Source of the DNA: Candidatus Heritagella intestinalis
Lineage (GTDB): Bacteria; Bacillota; Clostridia; Oscillospirales; Acutalibacteraceae
Direction: 5' to 3'
Length of the DNA stretch: 64,000 nt
Assembly: GCA_904418995.1 (NCBI GenBank)
Contig: CAJFQF010000002.1
Location: 30,223 to 94,222, forward strand
Shown: positions 33,730 through 44,512 of the stretch, piece after piece
Layout of the letters: every line of letters starts with the position of its first letter
Position numbering within the stretch: the first letter of the stretch is position 1
The notes under the pieces: generated by a model
Database searches by the model: none
What the model was told of the DNA's origin: nothing
What the model saw: the letters and a program-made list of their open reading frames with translations, nothing else
Program-made: the position numbers and the translations under genes

Positions 33730-36429
33730 TTACCCTCCTTCCTTCAAAGTTTTTATCTCAGCCTCTAAGGCACTGATTCTTTTTTCTTGTTCCTGAATCG
33801 TTTGCACCATAGGAGCAATCAATTCTGTATAATTTAAATACCAACGCAAATCCTCTTCAGATGTATCCGCAGAGTAGGCAATACTTTCTCCAAGGCTACC
33901 CAAAGAATGGGCACGATACATGGATAAATCCCCCATGTCCAAATCTTCAGCAACCTGAGCCACATCCTGTGCCAAAAATCCCATGTGTGTCCGGTTCCCA
34001 TCCTTGAAGGTAAAGGAAACCGGCGTCGACGCCATCACAAACTCTTTGGCCTTAGAGATTTCCTGGATGTTTTCTTTTACCTTTTTGTCGGATTGCACCG
34101 CTATCCCATTGGTGTACAAATCTTGAAAATATGCGCCATCCGATTTGATTTCTGCCCTGGAGGTGTTGTTGCCTACAACACGGAACATGGTGCCATCGAC
34201 ATAGACATAGTTATTGCCCCCAAAGAACAGGCCAGTGCGACTTTCGTCAGCAAACATCACCCATTCGGTAGTGCCCGCAGTAGAGCCCCGCATGATATAA
34301 ACTTGGCTTTCGTCTGTGGTGGCATTGCCGATCATCCGAAAAGAACTATTGCCACCAGAATTGGAAGCAATCGCGTTTGCCCTCAGCACAAGATCTCCGT
34401 TTGAAATGATCTCAGACATATTCGCAGGATAAAATTGATCTCGTTCCTGGTCTACAGCAAGCAACAATGCGCCGTGATTGCCGGATTGACAAACGATTCG
34501 TACACCCTCATAAGTAGTTCCCTCAGCGTAATGACCTTCGCCGATTACAGCATAAGTAGAAGAGCCCTCATCCACTCCACGCAAGACAGAAGAAGCTAAC
34601 TCGCCTTTGCCATTATTGGCTTCCAAATCAAAGTAGGGGCCTCCAGATTCAGGCCCTTGAATTCTGCCGGTCGTAATGTTCCCGCCGTCTATAATGGTTT
34701 TGCCGGGAGTCTTTGCGTTTTCAACGGAGATGTATTCTGTGTTAATCTTCTTGACTGTCAACTCACCGGAACTGAGAATAGCCTCAGCTTGTCCTTTCAA
34801 GGCGAGGGTTTCATCATAAAGCTCATCGAAGTCAGAGGAATTTACTTTGTTGGATATAGAATTTTGAATGCTGCTGGCAGAAGAGGCAAGCTGGCCGTAT
34901 AATTTCGCATACGTATCCAGAGGGTTATTCTTACTGCCAAGGTTGCTGAAACTCAGGCTCAGGTCGTTGGAATCATAACTGAAGGAATAACTAACCAATA
35001 GATAATCCGTGTAGGTTCCCGCTTCTGTCTCTACGAAGATTCGCTTACCAAGAGCAAGCTCCTGCGCGTATGGCCGGAAATTAGAGTCGAACAAAAAGTT
35101 TTTGCTGTCAATGTCAAACTCACCACGGGGCACCAGGATCGCTTCCAGTTCCGCCATGCCTCGATTATAAAGCTCCAAATACTGACCCTGCTTATCTTCA
35201 AAATCCATGTTGGAGGTAATGATGATGTTCTCATCCGAAAACTCTCCCATGATAATATAGCAAGACAGCTCTTTGATTTGGGATTCAGAAAAGTTTGCTT
35301 CAAAGGTTAGGGATTCTTGGATTTGCAAATATTGGTCTTGGTAAGGTTTTTTCTCCGCTTCCAACGAATCAATCTCAGCATTGACGGACTGGATTTCCTC
35401 CATTGTCTCATCGTAACTCTCTTGGACGTCGGAATAATCCAGGCCGCTTTCTTTGCGCAAATCAATAATTTCCTGATAAGAGTCAGCCTCCGCTTGCAGT
35501 GCGATAACCGTTTGCTGTTTTAAGAGGATTTCTCCATCATACTGCTGGACTTTTCCCATAGCCTCAGCAAAATCTTCCTGAGAGTTCTCTACCTTGGTTT
35601 GCCAAGCATCCACAGCCTCCCAGAGAGAAGGCGTCATATCGTCCTTGAAATAATCAAAGCGGTAGATTACACTGCCACCAATGGGGTTGACGCTCTCAAT
35701 AGAAATCCCATCTCCGCCGGATACCCGCAGAGCAGTGAAGACATCATCGGCAACAGACGACTGCTCAATATTCTCCACAAAGTTATCATGTGAAAGCAGT
35801 AAATGGGTCTTGTCGATTACCTGGTTTTGGTCTACAATCTGAATCCAGCGATTCTCAAAATCAAAAAGGAAAATACACGCAAACCGGTCTTCAATGGTAT
35901 TCCGGATGTATTCGTACACATTGGAGTCAGACTCGTCCAAAATGCGGGTCTTCTCACTTAGAGATTCATCCACTGACCGTACAGACCAGTTAGGGCACCG
36001 CTCCAAAATTTTGCCGAGTAGGGTAGAGGTGTCCGAAAAATTGGCAGGGTTATAGAGTTGATACGTCCCTTCTGCAATCGCCAAGTATTTATTTCCTAGT
36101 TCAATCTCGCAGGAGGTGCCGGTAACAGTCTTATAAGGATTGTCGCCATCATCGGTCTCATCACAGTCAGTGATAATGTAGTAACCTAATCCCTCTGCAT
36201 GTACCTGCTTTTGTACCCGCAAAAGGTCATACTCCGCCCACTTTTTTACCTCTCCATTGAGGGAGTAGTATTTGTAAACCCGGAAAGATATTTCTGAAGT
36301 AGACAAGAATTCAAAGGTCACTTCAATCTCACGTGGGTCAACAATAGGCGCAATCTCATGGCCGGAAAGGGTACACAAAGTCAAGTCGGGCTGTTCCGGA
36401 TTCCCAAAGTAGTCAAAAAGAACATTCAT
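33730..36429 (-). CDS. tail-associated (Tal-like) minor structural protein with C-terminal S74 intramolecular-chaperone domain
   Basis: Position after Dit. N-terminal prophage-tail-type region. C-terminal SDKKVKENIQEI...THMGFLAQDVAQV matches the endosialidase-chaperone (Peptidase_S74) signature. Confidence 0.7.
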   Translation of the reverse strand: MNVLFDYFGNPEQPDLTLCTLSGHEIAPIVDPREIEVTFEFLSTSEISFRVYKYYSLNGEVKKWAEYDLLRVQKQVHAEGLGYYIITDCDETDDGDNPYKTVTGTSCEIELGNKYLAIAEGTYQLYNPANFSDTSTLLGKILERCPNWSVRSVDESLSEKTRILDESDSNVYEYIRNTIEDRFACIFLFDFENRWIQIVDQNQVIDKTHLLLSHDNFVENIEQSSVADDVFTALRVSGGDGISIESVNPIGGSVIYRFDYFKDDMTPSLWEAVDAWQTKVENSQEDFAEAMGKVQQYDGEILLKQQTVIALQAEADSYQEIIDLRKESGLDYSDVQESYDETMEEIQSVNAEIDSLEAEKKPYQDQYLQIQESLTFEANFSESQIKELSCYIIMGEFSDENIIITSNMDFEDKQGQYLELYNRGMAELEAILVPRGEFDIDSKNFLFDSNFRPYAQELALGKRIFVETEAGTYTDYLLVSYSFSYDSNDLSLSFSNLGSKNNPLDTYAKLYGQLASSASSIQNSISNKVNSSDFDELYDETLALKGQAEAILSSGELTVKKINTEYISVENAKTPGKTIIDGGNITTGRIQGPESGGPYFDLEANNGKGELASSVLRGVDEGSSTYAVIGEGHYAEGTTYEGVRIVCQSGNHGALLLAVDQERDQFYPANMSEIISNGDLVLRANAIASNSGGNSSFRMIGNATTDESQVYIMRGSTAGTTEWVMFADESRTGLFFGGNNYVYVDGTMFRVVGNNTSRAEIKSDGAYFQDLYTNGIAVQSDKKVKENIQEISKAKEFVMASTPVSFTFKDGNRTHMGFLAQDVAQVAEDLDMGDLSMYRAHSLGSLGESIAYSADTSEEDLRWYLNYTELIAPMVQTIQEQEKRISALEAEIKTLKEGG

Positions 36430-37217
36430 CGGAATCCCACCCTTCTTGCGTCACGGTACGAAAAGACTACAGAGCTAATGTCTCCTGTCCGCTGGAACTG
36501 ATTGCGGCCTTGAATCAACCGAATCTTGCCAGAGGCGGAGTCATAAATATTGCCGTTCTTTTCTGAGGTGATTTGCATATAGGGGTCAACCGTAATGACA
36601 TCGTTAGCAGCGACATCGTTAAAGGCGATTTGTTCTCCTGTAGTCAGATTGTTCAACCTAAGAGACCCGCCAGTACTTCCAACATTGATGGTTACATGGG
36701 GATAGGTGTAATAAGGCTCATCACTCCGATTGTCCACAACAAAAGAATCGGCGGTGCTGGTATTGTACTGATACGTTTTCTCGTTTGTCCAAGCATAGGG
36801 AGCATCCGCAATCACCGTAAATTTCCATCCAACGGTGTTCCCAGCCACATCAATTCGCTCAGGGGCTGTGAGAATGCTGTTGTAATAGGTTTGGTCATAG
36901 GGGGTAGACCCATTACCACGGTTGAAGAATTGCAGTTTCTTAAAAACAGGGGAGTCCGTCAGCCAACGGAGAATCTCCCTTTCAGCGTAATCTGGAATCT
37001 CCTCGTCGCAAACAACCTCCATCTCAAACTGAAAAGTCTCCTCATACGCCCGGCTGACAACTCTGGCCTCATGGGTAGTGCGGCTTAAATCCAGTTCATA
37101 AGAATAGGGTTGCTGCATTTCCAAATTACTGTCTGCGCTTTGATTTACTTTTCCAACCCACAAACCATACCGCAGACTGGAAATGCCATCATAAACAAAA
37201 TAAAGTCTTCCCGGCAT
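36426..37217 (-). CDS. distal tail protein (Dit)
   Basis: Lies immediately downstream of the tape measure gene. Size about 263 aa. RBS AAAGGAGG upstream of ATG 37217. Confidence 0.6.
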   Translation of the reverse strand: MPGRLYFVYDGISSLRYGLWVGKVNQSADSNLEMQQPYSYELDLSRTTHEARVVSRAYEETFQFEMEVVCDEEIPDYAEREILRWLTDSPVFKKLQFFNRGNGSTPYDQTYYNSILTAPERIDVAGNTVGWKFTVIADAPYAWTNEKTYQYNTSTADSFVVDNRSDEPYYTYPHVTINVGSTGGSLRLNNLTTGEQIAFNDVAANDVITVDPYMQITSEKNGNIYDSASGKIRLIQGRNQFQRTGDISSVVFSYRDARRVGFR

Positions 37218-37292
37218 GATTCCTCCTTTAAAACAAAAAGGCCTGAACACTCCATATAGAAGTGCTCAGGCAATCAAAAAGGCAACAGCTGT

Positions 37293-40200
37293 TTAGCCAT
37301 TGCCCGGTTGTAACTTATATCCCTGCCGCATGGCGGAGCGCTTGGTTTCGCCATACACAAGGGTTGCAATATATTCTCTTTGCTGTTTCAGCGCATTGCG
37401 GAACTGCGCAACCGTACTGCGGTCTGCATTTCCCTGGATAATAATGTCCCCGTATTCCACATGGACGCTTTCGGAAGGTGGGGTAGAGCCCATTCCGGAA
37501 AGGCTGTGGCTGATGCTGGCAATGGCGCTTGCAATATACTGTTCCGGTCGGCTTCCCAAGTCCATCAGGGTTTGCGTGATGTTATGGGGAACCACACCGT
37601 CACCGGACTCCAGGTAAGTCATCCGGCCTTTGCCACGGGTAATGAGTTCTGCGCCTCTCTCATCAACAATTGCCAATTCTCCGGGGCCTCCTGTACGACC
37701 TTTTGCAAACTTGGCGATATTGTAATAAGAAGAAGAGAGGCCAGATTGCCGCAAAGCTGCTTGGGCGTCTTTTAGCGTGGCATATGCGCTACCAGTCAAA
37801 GGCCGTCCAGTCATAGTGTCTACAATCATGTATACAGTAACATGTTTAGGGGCTGACACATTTCCAGAAGCCGAAGCAGCTTTACTCAAATTACTATAGA
37901 GAGAAGCCGCCTGGTCAGATGCCTTCTTAATGGAGCTCGACGCATTGTTCATAGCCGTCTTCAAAGAATCGGCCTTCTTGCGGGCATTTTCAATTTTAGG
38001 AGCCAGCTGGTCAATGCGGCTTTGCAGAGTGGACGCCGTAGATGAAATCTGTTCCAGGGTTTTCTTGACGTTGATTTGCCCATTGTTGTATCGGCCCAGC
38101 GCATCATACGCCTTGTCCCACTGCTGCTTTACGTCCGCATCAATGGCGTTGCCGTAGTGCTTGTTGTACTCCAACAGGGATTGATAAAGCTCCTGACCGC
38201 CCTTGTTGATGAGCCGGTATGCCTCTTGCCGAAGGTTCCACTCGTCATCAAGGTATGCTTCCAGAGCTTCCTTCTGCTTTTCATAGTTGCCGATAACAGC
38301 TTGGTACTCTTCTTCCAGCGCCTCTTTTTTGGCATCCAGAGCTTCTTCAGCATTTTCTTTTTCCTGCTCCAGAGCATCTTCTTCCAAATCGACTGAGTGG
38401 TCATGTTGGAAGTCTTCCAGCTCTTCTGTTTTCTCAGCAATCTCCTCTTCCAGTTCCAGCCGCTTTCTCTTGCCGTAGTCAGAATCATCCAGTTCCAAAG
38501 CCAGAAGCTGCGCTTTCAAATCAGATAGGTCTTTGCTCTTATCCGCAAGTTCTTCTTCAAACTGCCGCTCTTCTTCCTTGAGCCGCAGAAGCTCCAACTG
38601 AGCATCAATCTTTTCTGTGTACGCTTCCGTTTCTTTCTCAAGGGCTTCGATTTCGCTGTCCCGCTGTTCTTCTTCCTTAGAAATCAACTCGTCAAGCCGC
38701 TCAATCTCATCGTCATAGCGTTGCTTGAGCATTGCCATAACAGTATCCAGCAAGGATTCAATGGCGTCACGGTCATCATTGATATTATCCAGATTTTCCT
38801 GGAGCTCATCGTTCAGATCTTCCAACTCGTCTACTGCCTTCTGCGCAGCATCCGCCGCTTTTTTAGCCGCCTCCTCAGCGGCATCTCCGGCCTCTTCTGT
38901 TTTATCCTTGATGTCCTGGAGGGCTTCGGAAGTTTTAGGAATCTCAATGTTAATATCGCTAATGATCTCGTCTAGTTGCCCTAAAAAAGAATTGGTGTCA
39001 TAGCTACCAGTCCCACTCATTAAACTACGGATAGAAGCAATTTGTTGATCAATAGCCGCAGCTTGTTCTTGCATCTCTTCAAAAGCATTTAGACGCGCAG
39101 TTCCGCCCATAATATTATCAAGAGGGGTGTTTAGAATTTGTTGTTTTTGCGCCTCCAGCGCATCAATAGCTCCTTGAAGAGATTGTTTCTGCGCATCATT
39201 AACTACACCATAGGTTTGAATTAACTTGTTGGCTATAGCAGCTGCAATTTCAGGCTTCTTAGACTCAACATCAGAAAAATTGCTCAAATCTACGCCGTAC
39301 ATAGCGGCAACATTACCAATTTGAGCAGCGTTCATGCTTTGAATCTGAGATAGTACCCCAGCTTCAATCTGTGACTTTGCTTGCTCAAATTCTGCATAAT
39401 TATTAAAATCAGCCAGATACAGATTGACATAATCGCTCGCCATAGCGGCACTGAGTAGCCACCTTTGATTTTCAGCCTGCAATTTGACAGCAGCCTTAGC
39501 CTCTTCCATGGTAGCATAGTTTTCGGCATCCAGACGATACAGCGAGGTCATGGCTTGGGCGATTTGCTCCTGCTGGGCCAAATCCGGCCACAGACCTTCT
39601 ATCATCTCATCCCGATACAGGCTTTCCGCTTCTTTCATGGATTGCTTGATAGCTTCCACTAAAGCATCTGCGCTGGAAAGTCCGGTCAGATACCGGCGCA
39701 CGTCATCCTCCAAATTGGGGTCCAGCTGAATAATGGACTGCAAATCATCAGAAGAGAATTGCCCAAACTCTTTGTAATTATCCAGGGCTTTCTGCAATCC
39801 GCCAATTCGGCTTGTGGTGTCTTCCAAGGTGTCGGCCAGGGTTTCCACTGCCTCTGCTGCGGTTTCTGCGGAGTCGGCGGTGCCCTCTAGGGTTTCTCCG
39901 GCTTCTCCCATGAACTGAGAAAATTCGGGAGCGGAAGATATAACTTTATCGACCGCAGATTCAATATCCTCTTGGGAACCAAGGAACTGTCCGGAATCTT
40001 TTGCAGTTTCTATGAGAGATTCACGGAATTGCTTGAATTCTTCTTGGGTTTGGGGGAGGTCTTGAAAAAGAGCATTGGTTTTGAGGATTGAAGCCGCGCC
40101 ATCGTTAACTTCTTTGATAGTCTCGGAATACCCTTCAATCATCGGCTCAAAAGCATTAAGACGATCAGACAAAAACTGAAATGCAGAATTTTCAGATGCT

Positions 40201-42923
40201 TGCTCTGCCCCTAACTCACTAGACATTTCTGACAAAGCTTGTTTTAACAGATTGACACGTTCAATCAAACCATCTATTGTAGAAGTATCTCCGGGCAAAT
40301 ACCAGCGACCGCTTACTCCACTATACTCGATTTGATTTCTATCTAAAATTTCCTGAACAGCTTTTCTGTCATCTGAATCTATTGTTTTATAGTCGGGGGT
40401 AAAATCCTCCCAAAAAGCCGCGTCAAGAGCTTCTTGTTTTTTTGCCTCTGCCGACGCTAAAAGCGTTGCCTGATTTGCTTTTAACTGTTCAATAGTTTGT
40501 TGCCGTAAGGATTCTGTTACGCTATCAATGCCATCTTTTTCGACACCAAGATTATCAATGAGCTTTTGCTGCACTTCCAGCAAATCTTCTTTGGCTGAAG
40601 AGTCTGTTTTAACAGCTTCAGACAAAGTGATATATTGTGTAGCTAAATCAATAAGTTCTTCGTTTTGAGCCTGCGCTTCTTCTCCGGCTTTAATCGCAGT
40701 TTGCCAAGCCTTTTCTTGCTCACTTCTCCAATAACTAATGCCTCCAACAATAAGCGAAATGACACTGGTCGCAATACCTCCAAAAACACTCCATGCGCTT
40801 CCAAGATTACTAATTCCAGTTTGGAGAGAAGAAAACAAACTCGCTCCGCCTGCGCGTGCTTGCCTAATATCGTCTACTACAGTATAAATAGCAGTACCGA
40901 TAGTGGAAAACGTATTAACAATGCCGGGGCCAAACTTAGTGATCGCAAAACCAGTAAGCGCAACCAAAATAGTTTGCAAACCGCCAATCGCATCTACAGC
41001 CTGTAATGCGCCATTTGCCAAGTCAATAAACCACTTTACTGTATCCGAACTCAGGCTTTCATTGGCAAACTGCTGGAAGGTAGAGGTCAGATTATTAAGC
41101 CGTCCCTGGATGGAATCCATAAAGGCGGCGTTTTCCTGCTCTGCCGACCCTACGCTGTTGTTTGCATTCTCAACTGCGGACTCAACGTCCTGCCAGCCCG
41201 CCATAATAGAGTTGAGAACCTTAACCTGCCGGTTACCTGCCGCTAACTCACCGAGATACTGCCGCTGCTGAGAGGTAAGAGTAGGCCACACCTGCGCTAA
41301 ATCTTGCAGAATATCATAAGTGCTCCGAAGTTCCCCGTTCTCATCCTCAATGCTAATGTTGGCGTACTCCTGAAATGCCTCTTGCAGTTTAGGAACGAGT
41401 CCATCAATGGCTTCTCCGTCTTCGTCAATACCACGCAAGCGCTGTGAAATCATGACAAGCCCCGAAGACACCATTTCGATGTCTCTAAGCTGTGCAAAAC
41501 CGCCGGTCAGCAGGCCAATGGTTTCGCCCAGGGAAGAGCCGGTCTGAGACAAGGTGCTGGATACCCGTCGTAGACCTTCTGCAATGTTATCAAAATCAAT
41601 AGGGGCTTTATTGGACGTTTCGTTAATGGCATCTACAATGCCCATGGCTTCCGAATCATCCATGTTGAAGCCCTTGAGGACTGAAATCAAGTAGGAGGCA
41701 GCCTCTGCCGTATCGGTAATGTTGTCGCCTACGTTGGTCATCACCAGGGCGGCTTCCGATAAGTCCAAACTTTCTTCCATGTCGTATCCGGCACGTTTGA
41801 AAGTCGTGGTAGCATCAATGACCTCCTGTCCGGTGCGCCCAATTTCCGACCCTAAGTCAAACGCCTCATCTACAAAGGAGTCCAGAGATGAACCGGTCAA
41901 GTCCGAAACCTTCCGCAACTCCGTCAGGCTTGCGTCCAAATCCGTCACAGCTGAAATCATATTCCGAATTTGCTGTGTGGCCGAAGATACAACGCCGCCA
42001 ATAAAGAACCATTCGCTGAATTTGCTGATGTTGCTTGTCAGGTTTTGCCGGAAAGTCTTAGTTGCTGCACCCGCCGCACGAGTGTTTGCCACAAAGCTTT
42101 GGTATTCTTTATTCCAAACCTTGAGCTGCTCCGGGTCAGAAATATCAAAGTTCTTCAAATACTCAAACTGCTCTGTCAACCCTTTGTTCTTAAATAGCGC
42201 GGAATTTTGTTTGCCAAACTCTTCTAATCTGGCACGGGCCGTAGAAACACTGGCATTGAATTTTGCTAACTCATCCCCAGAAAGAAAGCTGGTAGTACGC
42301 TGGGCAGAACTCATTACCTTCTGAAACTCACTTTGAAGGCCTTTGAGCTTTTCCAGTAGCTCATCATATTCCTTTGTGGAAATATCAGTGTTGTTCAGGG
42401 ATTTGAGCAAAGACTGATACCTTTGCTCCAAAGACTGAACCTGCTGAACAACCTTCTGAACATTTTCACTTTTAGAACCTGTAATAATTTCGTTGGAAGA
42501 AATTCCCCCAAGAGCGGACAGGTTACTCTGGGCGGTTTGCACGATGCGTTGGCGATTTTGAATGGCCTTGTTAACCGCTTTGGCTTGTTCTGCCTCCGCT
42601 TTCATCTCACGGATTCTTTGCTGGGACGCTTGACGCGCTGTCGAAGTTTGTGACTGCTGGGACGCCCTATAATCAGATTCGATTTCCCTGTTAGTCGCCT
42701 TAGCCTGCGTCAAAACCGCCTTTTGCGCCTGCTGCATCTGCTGCTGGATGATAGACATCATCTGTGTCTGACCCGTGTTAAGTTGTCGCAAGCTGTCTCC
42801 GAGCAAATTGGCGCTGACGTTCACCTTTAGGTTACGAATTTTATTGAGTTGAGTCTGTAGCTGCTGCTCAGAAGCTTGCTCATCCAATGCAGCTTTAATA
42901 ATAATCTGTAATGGATTTGCCAC
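37293..42923 (-). CDS. tail tape measure protein (1876 aa)
   Basis: Very long coiled-coil-rich ORF with a TP901-type TMP core (LDASLTELRKVSDLTGSSL...ATTTFKRAGYDMEES), central TM-like segments and a position upstream of Dit. Confidence 0.9.
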   Translation of the reverse strand: MANPLQIIIKAALDEQASEQQLQTQLNKIRNLKVNVSANLLGDSLRQLNTGQTQMMSIIQQQMQQAQKAVLTQAKATNREIESDYRASQQSQTSTARQASQQRIREMKAEAEQAKAVNKAIQNRQRIVQTAQSNLSALGGISSNEIITGSKSENVQKVVQQVQSLEQRYQSLLKSLNNTDISTKEYDELLEKLKGLQSEFQKVMSSAQRTTSFLSGDELAKFNASVSTARARLEEFGKQNSALFKNKGLTEQFEYLKNFDISDPEQLKVWNKEYQSFVANTRAAGAATKTFRQNLTSNISKFSEWFFIGGVVSSATQQIRNMISAVTDLDASLTELRKVSDLTGSSLDSFVDEAFDLGSEIGRTGQEVIDATTTFKRAGYDMEESLDLSEAALVMTNVGDNITDTAEAASYLISVLKGFNMDDSEAMGIVDAINETSNKAPIDFDNIAEGLRRVSSTLSQTGSSLGETIGLLTGGFAQLRDIEMVSSGLVMISQRLRGIDEDGEAIDGLVPKLQEAFQEYANISIEDENGELRSTYDILQDLAQVWPTLTSQQRQYLGELAAGNRQVKVLNSIMAGWQDVESAVENANNSVGSAEQENAAFMDSIQGRLNNLTSTFQQFANESLSSDTVKWFIDLANGALQAVDAIGGLQTILVALTGFAITKFGPGIVNTFSTIGTAIYTVVDDIRQARAGGASLFSSLQTGISNLGSAWSVFGGIATSVISLIVGGISYWRSEQEKAWQTAIKAGEEAQAQNEELIDLATQYITLSEAVKTDSSAKEDLLEVQQKLIDNLGVEKDGIDSVTESLRQQTIEQLKANQATLLASAEAKKQEALDAAFWEDFTPDYKTIDSDDRKAVQEILDRNQIEYSGVSGRWYLPGDTSTIDGLIERVNLLKQALSEMSSELGAEQASENSAFQFLSDRLNAFEPMIEGYSETIKEVNDGAASILKTNALFQDLPQTQEEFKQFRESLIETAKDSGQFLGSQEDIESAVDKVISSAPEFSQFMGEAGETLEGTADSAETAAEAVETLADTLEDTTSRIGGLQKALDNYKEFGQFSSDDLQSIIQLDPNLEDDVRRYLTGLSSADALVEAIKQSMKEAESLYRDEMIEGLWPDLAQQEQIAQAMTSLYRLDAENYATMEEAKAAVKLQAENQRWLLSAAMASDYVNLYLADFNNYAEFEQAKSQIEAGVLSQIQSMNAAQIGNVAAMYGVDLSNFSDVESKKPEIAAAIANKLIQTYGVVNDAQKQSLQGAIDALEAQKQQILNTPLDNIMGGTARLNAFEEMQEQAAAIDQQIASIRSLMSGTGSYDTNSFLGQLDEIISDINIEIPKTSEALQDIKDKTEEAGDAAEEAAKKAADAAQKAVDELEDLNDELQENLDNINDDRDAIESLLDTVMAMLKQRYDDEIERLDELISKEEEQRDSEIEALEKETEAYTEKIDAQLELLRLKEEERQFEEELADKSKDLSDLKAQLLALELDDSDYGKRKRLELEEEIAEKTEELEDFQHDHSVDLEEDALEQEKENAEEALDAKKEALEEEYQAVIGNYEKQKEALEAYLDDEWNLRQEAYRLINKGGQELYQSLLEYNKHYGNAIDADVKQQWDKAYDALGRYNNGQINVKKTLEQISSTASTLQSRIDQLAPKIENARKKADSLKTAMNNASSSIKKASDQAASLYSNLSKAASASGNVSAPKHVTVYMIVDTMTGRPLTGSAYATLKDAQAALRQSGLSSSYYNIAKFAKGRTGGPGELAIVDERGAELITRGKGRMTYLESGDGVVPHNITQTLMDLGSRPEQYIASAIASISHSLSGMGSTPPSESVHVEYGDIIIQGNADRSTVAQFRNALKQQREYIATLVYGETKRSAMRQGYKLQPGNG

Positions 42924-42976
42924 TTAGTTAACCACCTCTTTACACAAAAAAGAAAAGAGGCAGCCGAGACCACCCC

Positions 42977-43450
42977 TTATGAACATTTGATTCCACGGGA
43001 TTGCAATCCCTTTTTCATTGCTGTGATATGTGGCTTTGTTGATTTGAGTTCTTGTCGGGTATTGGAAATAAAAGGACGGGGTTTTAAAAACGCTGCATCA
43101 GGTTTCGGATGCTCGTAATAATACCCATCCCATCCGTTGCCAAACTCAATCAGCCCAGATAATTCCCACCCATAATTGTCCGAAGGAGGATTTTGGCTAA
43201 ATTCTGCTGAGTTTCCGATCCACACAACCCCATCAGAGGCCAAATCCGAAACAATGTTATCCGGATCTGAAAGACCGCCATCCTCACGCCTCCGCACATA
43301 TTCACGTGGGGAATATTTGTCATAAACATCCGCTTCAACGTGTCGGAGCATCACTGTCCGGACTGCATCCAACACCTCATCTTCCAAAACCTCGTTGATA
43401 TTATCCTGGACATAACGCGTCAAGTCCTGCAATGACGAAAAGGTAGACAT
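42977..43450 (-). CDS. phage hypothetical protein upstream of the tape measure gene
   Basis: TAATG coupling to the preceding gene. No recognisable family. Confidence 0.4.
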   Translation of the reverse strand: MSTFSSLQDLTRYVQDNINEVLEDEVLDAVRTVMLRHVEADVYDKYSPREYVRRREDGGLSDPDNIVSDLASDGVVWIGNSAEFSQNPPSDNYGWELSGLIEFGNGWDGYYYEHPKPDAAFLKPRPFISNTRQELKSTKPHITAMKKGLQSRGIKCS

Positions 43451-44031
43451 TACTTCTCACCGTTCCGAATGTCAATAATGCTGTGAGCCAGAGTCCGCAT
43501 ATCTGCCGCCTTAGTGGTCTGCGCCAATCTTGCAATATTCTCCATGTTTTCAGGAGTCAGATTGTCACTGATAGAATTGATAGCTTTCTGTAAGCTGTCT
43601 GCTACTTCATCCCACTTGCTCTTGTGCAGCAGCCGTTCCTTCTGGAACTGAATCTGTTCTTCTGCGCTGTTTTTAAGGGATTTAAACTGCGCCTGGTCAA
43701 TCACAGAATAAATTTTTGCGTAGAAATCATCGGGCAAAGAAAACAGAAGAGCATACTGCTTTTCCTCATCCTCCGGCAGGTTACAGTCCGTGTAGGCCAT
43801 CAGCAAATTCTTCAGAAAGGCAAAGTCGCGCAGCTCTGAATAATAATGGTCATCGTCAAAACAGCCATACACACACCCAACAATGAAATTGGAAGCCTCT
43901 TGAAAAGACAAAAGGCGCTTTACGGTAAACTGGACATCTCCATTTGCCGTAGAATAAACCACTTCCACAGGACTGTTGTCGTTGGCTTTAGAAATATCCG
44001 TCAGTGCTCTTACACTCAATTTCTTTTTCAT
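43450..44031 (-). CDS. putative tail assembly chaperone
   Basis: Call is by position between the major tail and tape measure genes, and by acidic composition. No slippery frameshift site was seen. Confidence 0.35.
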   Translation of the reverse strand: MKKKLSVRALTDISKANDNSPVEVVYSTANGDVQFTVKRLLSFQEASNFIVGCVYGCFDDDHYYSELRDFAFLKNLLMAYTDCNLPEDEEKQYALLFSLPDDFYAKIYSVIDQAQFKSLKNSAEEQIQFQKERLLHKSKWDEVADSLQKAINSISDNLTPENMENIARLAQTTKAADMRTLAHSIIDIRNGEK

Positions 44032-44037
44032 TTATAT

Positions 44038-44511
44038 TTACTTCTCCTTTTGTCTTAAAATAAATGACCAGCCGATGCAAATCGCCTCACACTGGTCTTC
44101 TGGAGCCAAAATTCCAAAGTAGTCCTTTACATAGTCTTTGGCCTGTTTCTTTAGCTCTTTTCGTGCAACACCCGCACCTTGATTAAATCCCAATACTTTT
44201 CTCCAACTGGACGGCTTGAAAAACTCAAACGGAATCTTGTGATTTAAACATACCCCTATGATAAACCCCTGCAAACGAGCAAGGAGCATAACAACGGAGA
44301 TGTTAGTCTGTAGGGAGATGTCTTCAAAAACCACATAGTCTGGTTGGCGATTTACGATATTGGCCTCAATCTTTAAGCACATCTGAGAAAATCTTTTGTC
44401 CCGGTCCTGCTCCCCGGAACAATTGATAACGCCGCTTTCCACCAGCTTCCCTTCTTCAAAAACCGCGTACCCGCTTTTGGAAGAAGACTGATCAAAGGCT
44501 AAAATCTTCAT
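44038..44511 (-). CDS. RuvC-like Holliday junction resolvase
   Basis: ILAFDQSSSKSGYAV (first catalytic Asp), PDYVVFEDI (Glu), SSWRKVL, and EDQCEAICIG (last acidic pair) are colinear with E. coli RuvC. Confidence 0.75.
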   Translation of the reverse strand: MKILAFDQSSSKSGYAVFEEGKLVESGVINCSGEQDRDKRFSQMCLKIEANIVNRQPDYVVFEDISLQTNISVVMLLARLQGFIIGVCLNHKIPFEFFKPSSWRKVLGFNQGAGVARKELKKQAKDYVKDYFGILAPEDQCEAICIGWSFILRQKEK

Positions 44512-44512
44512 G

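Noticed and set aside
42977-44031. Programmed -1 frameshift (gpG/gpGT-type) in the genes upstream of the tape measure
   Set aside because: The two ORFs are joined by a TAATG stop/start overlap and each has its own ATG. No slippery heptamer was seen near the junction.
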